Shown in pieces: positions 11,001-22,850 of a stretch of DNA of 64,000 bases. The notes under the pieces are model-generated. The model saw only the letters and a program-made list of their open reading frames with translations. It searched no databases and was not told where the DNA came from. Position numbers and translations under genes: made by a program. The number at the start of each line of letters is the position of its first letter. Positions within the stretch are counted from its first letter, which is position 1. Source of the stretch: Klebsormidium nitens (taxonomy: Eukaryota > Plantae > Klebsormidiophyceae); assembly GCA_000708835.1 (NCBI GenBank), contig DF236955.1:248001-312000 (forward strand). The letters are read 5' to 3'.

Positions 11001-14000
11001 CAGGCACGCCGCCCACTCCCCCTGCGACTCGGGCAGCGCCCCCGCCAGCGCCTGCTGCAGCAGCCCCTTCATCCACGTGTCCCACGCCCCCCGCACCGCG
11101 TGCCCCCCCCCGTGCAACAGCCCCGCCATCGCCTCCGCCGCGATGCACTGGCTCGGCCGGTCGTGCACCGCGCCCACCGCCTCCTCCAGGGGGGTCTGCA
11201 AGGCTGCGATCGCCTCAGCGCTGCACACCCCCGCCAGGCGCTCGAACAGCTGCGCGTACGTCGGGTTGAACGCCTGCGCCGCCACGGCCCGGTTCGCGGC
11301 GTCCTTCGTCTTCGTGTGCGGCCATTCTTTTGCGGCCGCGACCGCGCCCATGGCCTTGATCAGCGACGCGCCCCCTTGCTGGAACATTCTCGCGGCGGCC
11401 GCCCCGAGGCCCCCTGCTGAGTTGGAGCCCCCCTCGGAGAGGTTGTGGTCCAGCGCCAGGTTGCGCAGCGCCTTCTCCGCAAAGCCCTTTGACGCCACCA
11501 TGTCCGCCAGCACACCGTACCCCCCGGCGGGCTGCGCGCTGCTGACGTCAGCAGCGACCACCTGCCCCCCAGAGACAGTGGCCGGCTGCTTCTCCGCAGC
11601 TTGGCTCCCCCCGCTGACGTCACCGCCCTCGGCCTCGTCGACGTCCATCTCCGACCCCGCGTCCTTGAGTGACGTCAGCTTCAGGGCTTTCGGGTTCAGC
11701 TGTAGCGCGGGTTCGTCCCCCCCTTGCAGCAGCATCAGCAGCGCGACCACTGACAACGGCCGTAGGGGGGGCAGCTCGCTGCTCAGGTTCCGCAGGAAGT
11801 GCTCTAGGGGGCTCTTCGCGCTGGCGTTCCCGCCCCCCGGGAGCGGGGCCGCTGCGCCGTGGCTCGTCAGCAGCAGCAGGAACGCGTTCGCCATGATCGT
11901 ATATCGCCAGTGCAGCGCCGACGGCTTATCTTCCGCGAGAAGCGAATGAATCTTCTCGAGAACGTCGCTGTACTTGGGCCCCTTGCCCCCGCTGACGCTC
12001 GGCCGGCTAAAGCGCAGCGCGAAGACCACGAACACCTCGTTGATCGCGGCCTGCGCGCGCACTGACTCCTGCTTCTCGCTCGCGAGCATGGCGGTGAGGA
12101 ACGACGCCATGGCGGGCCAGTCCTGGGTGACGCGCCGCATGAGGACACGTGTCGAGTAGAGGGCGCACGCGCCCATCGCGGTTTCTTCGTTGCTGTCGGG
12201 GCCGCCCATTGCGCCAGAGAGCGTGGGCATGCAAGTCTCGACCAGCGTGGGGTACCGCTTGAGGATACGCTCCAGGGGGCCACGCGCAGACCTGAAAGGG
12301 AGGGGGGAGATGGTGAATTGACAACGGGCTCCGTGAAATAATCTGAGTGTACCTTCAAGCGTGCAAGCGCTGCTCTCCGAAGTCGCAAGCTCGGACAAGC
12401 TGGCAACACATACAGGACACGCGGCCGCAGACTCGACGTTTCAAAGAAATACGCGTCTGCCGATTCGCTAATGTATAAGAGAAACAAAGAATCGAAGCGT
12501 GCTGGCGAAGCACTTGTTGACCATCAGAAACAACAACACAGGCCAGCCGCCCCTCACTTCACTAGGGCGGTTCCTAGCGCAGACCCATCCGGGCTTAGCA
12601 AGAGGCCCTTACGTTCTGACGGCGTTGTAGCGGGAGAGGCACATCTGCAGCAGGTCTTGCGTCAGCGTGACAACTGACGGCGGCGGCGCCGCGAGGCGGT
12701 CCGGGAAGAAGGGGCGGTAGTGCGCCTGGGAGGCGCGCCACGTCAGGTGGAGGAACGACTTCTCGACCAGCAGCCAGTGAGGCCTGCAAGAAGCGGTGCC
12801 GGATCAGGAACGATGCGGTGGGAGGTCCAGAAATGCATTAGCGAACAACGGAAAGCAAACGCATCTTTAATATCGGGCCTTTAAAAAGGAGTCAGACCCA
12901 CGTGTGGTTGATGGGAAGAATTGACTTTTACCTAACCAGCAAACGGTGGACAGGTTTATCACCCGGTCCAAGACGGAACCTAGACTTTTGCCTTAGCGAT
13001 TGCATTTCTGAACACCGAAATTGATGCTCCAAAAAGAAGATTGCAAGAATTAACGGCTGACCTCCTCCTGGACTGCGCATCGTCCCCACCGGGCAGCACC
13101 GAGAACTTGGGCTCGGTGAGCGCGTTGGCGTCGGAGGCCCAGGAGAGGCGGCCGTGCGCCCACGTGGAGTACTCGATGGAGCCGAAGTTGGCGAAGCAGT
13201 CCATCACGCGCAGCAGCTGCTGCATGTTCACCGTGTCGTCGGAGCGCGCCTCGGTCATGTACCTGGACAAATTCGAGAAAGATGATATCAAAACAGATGC
13301 GAACAGATTGAAAACGTGCGGTATAGGTGTATGGCGATGAGATTAGCAGCAAAGTTGGCCAAGCAGACCCGTCCCATGCAGCAGCTGCTGTGTGTTCACC
13401 ATGTCGTCGGAGCACGTCTCGGTCATGTACTTGAGAGGAAACGAGGAGGGTGATAACAAGAGCTGGTGTCTTTCGCAGTGATATATTCTGCGCTCATGTC
13501 AAATCAACATAAGTGCTAATCTGGGGCGCCCCTTTTCAAAGGCCAAAGTACAGACGCCCCCCCATCGCAAACTGAGATTGTCGAGGTTTTCGGAAGAAGC
13601 TCCCCCCGCAGCCACTATTGTGCGCCAGGCGAAAGTGGAGGGGCGCCAAACAAAGAAGAAGCTGGGCGTACGGAAGAAAGATGCAGATGGCCAAAATTAG
13701 CGCGTGGAGCAGTAGCTGCATGAGGGCCGTCTTGTCGCCGCCACTCTCGTCAGAAACGGCGGTGGAGCGTGATGATGAGGACATTATCGGCTGACACCTA
13801 ATGGATAGACATGATGCGCTCGTGGCCGCTGCAACCGTCCTCGGACGCTTCATCTCATTATTTTCCGGGCGTGCATTCTGCACGGCGGGCTCCGAGTCCG
13901 ACTAAACCGTCGTTTTGGTGGACAAGCGGCTTACAGCCCGTCAACAACGACTGGTCTACAAACAGAACAGTTGCGTCTCATCCAATAACAACTGAAAAGC

Positions 14001-17000
14001 ACAGTACGGGGAATGTGACATCAGGTGGACCAAGATCTTGCCAAGCTCAGTCTGAAAATCAATGCCCTGGAGCTCCAGCAGTCCACTCACTTGCACGCAT
14101 CGTGCAAGACTGCCGCAGCCTCATCCCGCATCGTTGGGCTCCCGATCGAGGCCCCCGCAGACCCGACCACAGTGAGGGGCTCCGCTCCGGACTGCTCTTC
14201 CCCGGACCGGAAGTCGGGGATGCAGGCGCGGGCGCCGCGCACGACGCCGTCGAGGCGCAGCAGGATCACCCGCAGGTTGTCCTTCTCTACGCCTGAAACA
14301 GGAAAGAGAGGGAACAAAGTGAGGGCCTCTCTACAATCTCAGAGCTTCCTTCCAGGACGTGCATCAAGGGCTTGCTCACCATACCTTCAAACGATGCCAC
14401 CTTTGAAATTACTCAACCGTCACCATGTCACCAGAAATCGTAATGACTGCCAAGGTGGTCGAGAGTAACGATCCGGACCGAAGACTCTCCATATATAACC
14501 CCCTCAAGACCAGACGAGTGGAGGAACACAACACAGACACGGGCACATGATCGGAATATGATTGCACTACTGAGCACGGGCTGTCAGTGCAAACTCGCCG
14601 TCCCCGCAGAAGAACAACGCCTCTCTCTGAAACTTGCAGATATCACGTTACATTTCCTCGTATGGACCCTCACCGGCAGCCCCGTTAGCAACCACAGCCC
14701 GCAGGTCCCGCAGCGCCCCCGTCAGGTGCAACGTCAGCAGCTCGTTTGCAAACGCGACCTCGTCGTCGTTAGGCACGTGCCAAGTAGGCTTCATCCCTGG
14801 CGAGGCCCGAGTGGCGCCCTTGGTGCCAAGCCAACGGTCGATTCCGCCGGAATCCGGGAGGCCCGGGACGGAACGGTACTCGTCCAGGGAGTAGTAGAGG
14901 ACGAGGCTGCTCAGGAGGCTCTGGAGGACGCGGTTGGCGGCCTCCACCACCTGCCAATGGATGATTTTCTTGCCACGTGTCAGATAAAGGGAACGAGGCT
15001 TCATTCACAACTCCCTTCAAGTAGACTCAGGCGCCTTGTGAGAACCGGTCGACCACCAGCCTTTTCACACCTTTCGACCACCCTACCGAGTAAACAAAGT
15101 GAGCATGATCGTTTCTTGTCTGGGGCTGCACGAGGAAGAAGGCAGACTCGTGGCCACAGCAAAAACTCCTCAACTCGAGGTGCACGAAGGAAAGACGGCC
15201 CAAAGTGCGCGAGCCAGGTCTTAAAGAGTCAAAAGCAGTATTGCACAACTGTCAACGATTGTTTCAACACTCGCACTTTGTGGCTCACGGCAAATCGTAA
15301 GTGTGTCATTGCAAAATCGAAACCTTAGCTCCTTAAGCAGTTCTAAAAACACTTAATTTTCTAAATTGACGCGATCGACGTTGAGCGTATCGGAGAACAC
15401 CGCACCTTTGTGGCGGGTGCGTCGAACGCGGCCGCCAGCAGCTTGACGAGGCTGTCCTTGAAGGCGACCAATCCAGGGCCCCCGAACATGAGCAGCGTGC
15501 ACAGCACGTCCAGGTGATATGCCACGCTGCCCGCGAGAGCGGACGACAGGGCGGGGACCTGCACAGGGCACAGACAGCGCGTCTGAGCGTCTTTCCAACC
15601 AAGGCGCACGGCACTCGTTTCCCGATTGTCTGACCGGGTTCCAAAAGGAGCGTCCGTATGTTCGCTTTCATCTTCGGCGTTGTACATGCTCCGGCCACAA
15701 AGCGATGCCCCTTCCACCACTCATCAGACGGGCGTTGTGGCCGCTACAATCACAGGCGCAATCGCTTCGAAATCCTTAGATAAGACGGACCCGAACACCG
15801 CCTTCTCTCTTTGATGAAGTAGGTCTTTATACTGAGAGCTTGACCACTCAATCAGGATCTCACAACCCCGTCCAAGGACGACAACCCAGCCCAAGGCCCA
15901 AACCCAGCCCTGAGAACTTGCCTTGCATCATCACGTGAAGGCTTGGGCCGTGCTCTCTTCCGGACTCTTCTCAATCACCCTGTCATCACTCTTCTCAATC
16001 TTCTCACCAGGATTGAAAAGAACCAGCCGGGTGACAGAACATAGTCCCCATCCGGGACCGAAAAGGAGACAAAGTAGACCACTGCAAGCTTTCAACCCAC
16101 CTTCTTGTTGCCCTGGTCCTTGACCCAGCCCGACTCCGCCCCGCTCGCCCCTGTGGTCTCGGTCCCCTCCAGCAGCCGCAGCACTTTGTCCACCAGAGGG
16201 GGAACTAGAGCGGGGGCGGCCAGCTCCGGTCGCGCATACATAGCCGCGCCGCACAGGAAGCCCACCTCAGCCTCGGCCCCAGGAACGACGGTGCTGGTCA
16301 CGAATTCGGTGATTTTGCGAAGGGCCTGTGAGGAGGAGTCAGGGTGTGTATAAGCAAACGGTTTGCGACCGGTTGGTTGCACATGGATGGAAGATGCTTT
16401 TTTCACCGATTCCGAGATCTATCCGGAGCACACGCACTCCCCTGTTCTGCCCGTCAACACAGAGAATTGCTGTGACTTCTGCAAAGACCTCAAAACAAGA
16501 AAGAGCAGCCCTTGCGATCATGCGCGTGTAGACAGATCTCCGCTGAAACTCGTCATTCCGTCCAGATCTCCGCTGAAACTCGTCATTCCGTCCATTCAGG
16601 CTCCGAGACGTAAAGCCGACTTTACATTAAAAGTACGTATTACTTCACTGCTTTCCATTTGACATAGAAAGCGTCAGGGACATATCATACACAACTGGGT
16701 CGTCCGGAAACCACAAAAGGTAAACCCTCAAGTCCGTAAAACAAAGCTCCCGCCCCCACCTGCTTGTAGAGCGGCAGAGTCAGGCGCCCAAAGAGCAGCT
16801 CCAGCATGGGGCGGAACATGGACCCCCCCGACATGAAGAACGTTCCGGATGCTGACGTGGCCGCCGAGCTGGGCTCCAGGTTCTGCAGCGTGGCCAGCAG
16901 CCGCCGCAGGAACTCGGCGACCCAGTCCGACCAGTCCAGCGGGAGCACGCCGCTGCCGCCATCTTCTGGGTCGCCGATGGTTCCCACCTGGACAACGAGG

Positions 17001-20000
17001 CAAACATCAGTGAGTACCCATTGGTACAACTGGTTCCAAGGAGGAAAGGGTGCTTGAACACAAGACCGAAGAGGTTGCAGGAAAATCAGGACGTGGAGGA
17101 AGGAGCTGCCATTGTTACCGAACATGGGAAAAGCTCAAGGACCCAGATTCGCGCCACAAAAACCATGATGGAGCCTTGCTGTCCCGTCTGTGCAGACTTA
17201 TGAAGCCGTGAAGCCACGCAAGCAAGATTATTTTGAGCGGAGTGATTCGGCTCAAGGTAAAGAACAAAGATGGTTGGTGAACAACAAAGCGAAGCAAGCA
17301 AAAGACGCGTTGGACAGTGACAACCCGCTTGCGAAGCAGCAGGGCCCTGTGGGCGAGATTGGAAGGAATCAGCACTCACGCTAGACAGGACCGATGCGTA
17401 CAGCTGCAGCGTCGCGAGCGTCTTCGGGGGATCGTTCGCATCGATCCCCGGGAGCGTGTGCATCAGCGCGTCGGCGATGGCAGCTCGGCCGGCTGCCAGC
17501 TGGCCCACGTGGGCGGCCCCAAGGGGCACCTCGTCCAGTTCCATGGGGTCAGCTCCAGGGCTGCCGAAGGGGGGGGACGCGAGGAGGATGGGCCGCGTGC
17601 AGAGGGCGAGCGTGGTGACCGCAGACTCGAGCTGGTGGGTTGCCGTGACCTGGAGAACAGGGCAACAAAATAATCTCGTCGTATGCATACCGTTGTGGGG
17701 GTCAACATGTCAGGAAGGGAGTGCAAAGGACCGCAACCAAAACTTAGCCAGCAAGGGTGAACGGCTTCGGTATATGTCGCCACAGAGTAGTGGTTCTTCA
17801 GTTGAAGACTCGCGCAGCCCTTCTGACTCACTGCAACGATCAAACAACTTCCACTGCTGCCAGGTTCACTGCTGCCTCCACTCGGACTGCTGCCGCCTGC
17901 TTCTAGTCCTCAGCTTTTGGATGCCATCACCAATGCGGCCATTTGTGTGCGAACCTTTAAAATTCACGCTCGACCAATACGGAAGAAAGCCACCAGGCGT
18001 GTCAATATCACAGCTGACTACGACTGTAAACGACCCCCCAGCTGACTACGATTGTAAACGACCCCACTATCCATGGATCAATAGGTGCTCACCGTCTCGA
18101 CGGCCTGCTGGAAGCGTGCAATCGCGAGCGGCAGCACGACGGTGGGCTCCGCATACGCAAGGCCCATGGCTGCGCTGGCAGCCTGGCCCACCATGAGCGG
18201 GCTCTTGCTGTACTGCGCGCGGTCCACAAACCGCATCATTGACGTCACAAAGGCTTGCCGGAGCTCGGGCGTCAGCGGGGGCGGGCGGGGCTTGGATTCG
18301 GCAGGGTCGTTCGCGTGCTTCCTGATATTCACAAAGGGGATGGAAATTAGAATTATTTTTTCTGAAACTAAACTTAGGACCGAAAACAAAGTCTGGGTCA
18401 GAAGGTGAGTCGAAAAGATTCAGGCAGAGATCGATATCTTTCAGTACGAGACGAGCGGTCATTCACCGATATTGGTGGTGATCGTGAAGCAAAAGTGTTC
18501 CTGTGTCAAGTCAATTGGCAATGACCGAAACGCCCCAAGGTTAAAGAGCACCTGATTCAGTTGACGAGTGTGAACTGCGACAAAAGTCGGGCAGAAGGGA
18601 CACAAGAAGCAGCTCCAGAAACCCTCACTCTAATAAGTTGCTACAGAAAGCAATGATATCGAGAATTAGAATGACATCCACAAGTTGTCCATTCAACACA
18701 TCTACAGAAATGCGACACTTGTTCTTCCCGGCTTACTTTTCGCTGGCCAGCCGCTTGAGGAAGCTCATGACCAGGTACCGCAGCAGCCGCTCCAACGTAT
18801 TGGTCCACGTGCCTCCGTTGGACGGGTGGTAGTACTGCTCCAAATAGTCGACGAACGCCTCGAAGCGCGGCCGGACGCTGGGGTAGCGTCCGTACAGGAG
18901 CACCACGGACGCGGCAATGTGTTCGGACAAGCTCTGCCCCGCGAACATGCGCGCCATCTCGCGGGGGGCGCTGCGGTCGATCGGGGACTGCGCCTGGGAC
19001 TTACCAACCGGGACCTGGACACGGAAGAGGAGCATTAGGCCTTCAGATGGGACCTGTCCTCAGGAAATGCCAACCCGGACACGACTACAGATCCCTTTCG
19101 CTGCAAGGGGACCGGTTGGGAATTGTGCGGCATCTGGACACAGGCACGAAAGTGGTCGTTTTTGCCTGTCTCAGTGGTGATTATTTTGAGAGCAAGAAAA
19201 TCCCCCATTATTGTGTGCTTGAAAGCAAAAACAAAGAGGTAGACATCTATCTTCGTCGCAGCCCGAAAACAGCCTCAAGGAAGACGGGCCTTAGTAGCTT
19301 GATTGTCAAAGCCCGCACTCTGTCGATCCAAAAAGAAACGCACTTTGTCAACTGTAAAAAAAGAAAAATTGAAGCTTCGAAGTGCCGCACCTCGATTGCA
19401 TTCAGGAACTTGGTGAAAAGGAACGGTAGGTGCGGCTCCCAGTCCACGTCAGCAGGGGCCACGTGCTTGATGGCACGTGCCACCAGGCCGCCCCACTGCG
19501 TGTCCCAGTACTTGCAGTTGGGGACCGCCGCCCACAGGCGGACCCACTCGGCCACCCATTCCTTCCATGGCGGGGGGGAAGCTTCGGCGGACTCGGCACC
19601 CCCCTGGCGCGATTTGGTTGGCAAGAAGAGGGCAATCAGGCCGGCCGCTTCGAGGGCGTCGTTGTGAGCGAGGTCCTTGAAGGCCGGGCTGCAAAGCAAA
19701 GAGAAGGTCTATCTCTATACTCGTGAAATGGGAAGACGAAACCTACGAAGCGTCGTCAGTTGAAAGCCTCAGCTCGAGAAGGTCCGTCCAGCAAACGTAC
19801 CTCTTCTGCAGTCAGCGTCCTCGTCAGCGATCTCACAAAAGATGAAAGAAAGCTCAGCAAAGGAAGTTCATGGAAAGAAGAGGTTGTGCAGAAGCACGCA
19901 AAGGGGCTCGCACAAAAACAAGCACATGCAGGGACGAAACCGCACACAGAAAACATAAGCGCGCCAATAAGAGTAAAGCTTGCAACGGAAGCAGAAACGA

Positions 20001-21306
20001 AAGAGCATAAGCGCCAGCAAGGTCGATCAGAGAACCCAACAACAGGCGTGCCCGGGCATGCAGAAAAAGCTGCTCACCTGAGCTCCGCCCAGATCTCCTG
20101 AGCGGCCCCTGGGGGGAAAAAGCATCTGGCCCGCTGAACTAGAGTGAGGACCGTCTGCTCGTGGACCTGGTGCAGAGCCAGCCCCTCGTAGGTGTGCCGC
20201 CTGGAAGACGAGAAGGCGCGCTTGAAGAATATTCTCAGATCGCTTGATACGGTACGGTACAGAGTTTCTCAGTTCGAGGATCTTATAACCGAAGACTCTT
20301 ACCAAGAAATTCAATGCCGACTTGCCATTCAACTAGCAATCTGTTCATGGAAAATTCACTCTGTGCGCAGAAGGGAATACCGCGCTTGGTAACGTGTTCG
20401 AGCCTCAAGGTACGAACTCTTGGAAATACTATGTTTCCATCTGATCCTGTAAGCCACTCGATGCCGTAGTATCTTCGCAAGTTTACATCGAGCTGGTCGA
20501 AATCCCTTTAGAAGATGTGACCCTATCTTGTCAACCGTAATGAGGAGACTCGTATGCAAAAGATTGTCAGTGTTTGCAGAGATGATAGAGATGTCTGAGA
20601 GGAGAGCCCCACTGACCTCCTGAGGTGCACGTCTGTGAGCAGCTCGTACAGCGGCCGCCAGGGGATGGTAAGCTGCAGCTGCTTGCGCAGATGCTTCTCA
20701 CGGAGTATCTTGGACAGGACGCTGCCCCACCGGATCTGTGACATAAAATCGGATAAAGAATTTGTGGAGCTACCACAGAATCGACCAACGGCATTCTTCC
20801 CTCTACGTAATTCTTTTTGGAACTTGTGCAACACTGCAATGACCAAGTAGAAGCTGCCGGAAGAAACCATTTAGGCAATCCGCCCATGCGCTCCTATCTT
20901 ATAATTTGCACCTTTCCTATTAATAGCCCTCCGTACCGCTGGAAGCCCATACAAGTGACAAGCCTTTGCGAAGCAACAGCATGCACTGGATGTCAAAACC
21001 TGTGTGAACAATCAGACTGCCTGGGCGCCACACAAAAAGCCTGCTCACCTGCGCGAACAGATTGTCCGGGCAGCTCGTCAGTAGCTGCAGGGCCACCTTA
21101 GCGACTGCATTTACATCCTCCGCCTCAAGCTCCGTCAGGGAGTTGATGAAACTGACGATGGGCGACACAAACTTTAAAGTGCTCTTGACGTCCCCCTGAT
21201 TCTGAACCTCCAGGAGCGCCAGGACCAGAGAGTGGAAGCGGCGGGGTTCTGCCTCGGCCGCTTGGTCGGCGATTGCCGGAGGCAGCCATTCGTTGTAGAT
21301 GTGCAT
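8085..21306 (-). CDS. PA200: Proteasome activator PA200/PSME4 (Blm10 family), many exons
   Basis: Starts MHIYNEWLPP at 21306 (plant-type N-terminus). Internal exons include WGSVLSKIL, WDTQWGGLVARAIK, YHPSNGGTWT, LPGIDANDPPKT, EWAACLRY and NWHTRAAALVFLQAF. Last exon SSPYDVPKWLP...KRTHADTW...LADLTSSASYFV* ends at 8085. Checked junctions are phase-compatible GT-AG. Confidence 0.97.
13352..13433 (-). repeat. Intronic ~82-bp degenerate duplicate of the 5' end of the adjacent PA200 exon (pseudo-exon)
   Basis: 13378-13433 matches 13210-13265 at 50/56 nt, all six differences transitions, and similarity extends back to ~13352. The acceptor CAG has become CAA in the copy. Confidence 0.9.
16533..16592. 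repeat. Perfect 30-bp tandem duplication in a PA200 intron
   Basis: CAGATCTCCGCTGAAACTCGTCATTCCGTC x2. Confidence 0.95.
18011..18065. repeat. 28-bp tandem duplication in a PA200 intron
   Basis: CAGCTGACTACGA(C/T)TGTAAACGACCCC(C) x2, one mismatch. Confidence 0.9.
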
Positions 21307-22850
21307 CTTGCCCTTTCCTTCGATGCGAGCCTCCTCTCTTCTTACTTCAAACCCTTTGAAACACTCTTCTCACCACTTGTATCCGCCCTTTCTGTGTGGT
21401 TTCTTTGAATCTCACTGTCCTTTTGATGCTCGTCAATTGAAGAACTGCCTGCAGCAAAAGGACAATGCTGTCTCACAAGTATTGAAAATCCTCATGCTTT
21501 ACTTGGTCATGATTGGTGGGTCATGCGTATGGTAGATTGAAGCGGAGGACGGTGAGCCTCGTGGCAGCTGCCAACCTGAAGAGCGCCAGAGCAGACGCTC
21601 CACAGATACGTCTAAGTTTCCTGTACGTGCTGTGCTAATGAAGGTAGTTTTACGGCTCTATTCAGACCAGATCCTTGGGTCACCTTGATTGGGCTGCTTG
21701 CATCCATACCCACAGCAACACTTTTGAAACCTTTCAACACACGGCCCATTAGTTCCCAAAATGAAAGATAGCCCTGAGATCTGACGGCCTTCACCAAGGG
21801 CAATTGACCTACTCAAACTCAGATATCATCAAGGACGACGACCACCACGTCTGAAAAGTATGGTACAGTAGTAGCGGTGCTGGTTGAAAGTGTCCTTTCA
21901 AACACAAAACATGCTGAGATACAGAGAGTCTCATTCTTGATACGAGGAGCAAGCACAATATGAGAGACCCGCAACAGTCATCTTTTGACTTCTGTTAAAA
22001 GGTGTCATCTATCAGAGGTTTTGAGAGCATAGATGCCATGTTCTCCAAGTACATCTGCAGAGCTTGCAAGCATCTATGCTGCACCGCCAGAATTACTTAC
22101 AACCACCAGCGTCTTCCTCAAATGCTCACAACTTTGAAAACAATCACAGCTTGAGCAATTGAAAGAGTGGCAGCAAACACATCGCTTCTGATATGATACG
22201 AGCTCGTGCTTACCTGGGCTCCTCCTAGCTACTCCTCCAGGCAATAACCTCAAAAATCGTGAATGAGTACAGGCTCGGGTGTCCCCAGAACGTTAGCTGC
22301 AGCACTCCAGGCTACAAAATCTCTTGTACTCAAGGCTCTCTAGTGCTGTGGAAAACAGCATCCTTCTGCACCGCTAGCATCAAGGTGAAGAGCCAATCAA
22401 TGCTGCAGAGATGCCTGAATCAATCCTCCTTTTGACGAATCAGGGCCACCACCATGACGCGAAGCCCAGTGACAAGATGGAGGTCGGACACAACGAGCTG
22501 GCCCTGGGCTACGAACCCATGCGCAAAACACTGTGTTCTCGAAAGCTCTTGTATCACAACCATTGATAGCCAGATCTCGTAATCTGATGGTTACAAAGCT
22601 GTTGTTCATCTAACCGTTGATGACTCTAAAAAAACATCGGGCGGCTACAAGTTGGTTCTGAGCACCCTGCCCAGAGAGCTATATCACGTGCTTCTTTTGA
22701 TCTTCCTGGCCTGCTGTGTTCTTCTGCATGGGGCCGATGAAGGCTTTCATTGCTGGCCGCTCGCAACACCACCTGCCAGGGCAAGGGTCTGCATGGGGAG
22801 GGAGAAACTGACAGAAACCTCTTTTCTGAGCTTCGCATCTGATGTGTATC

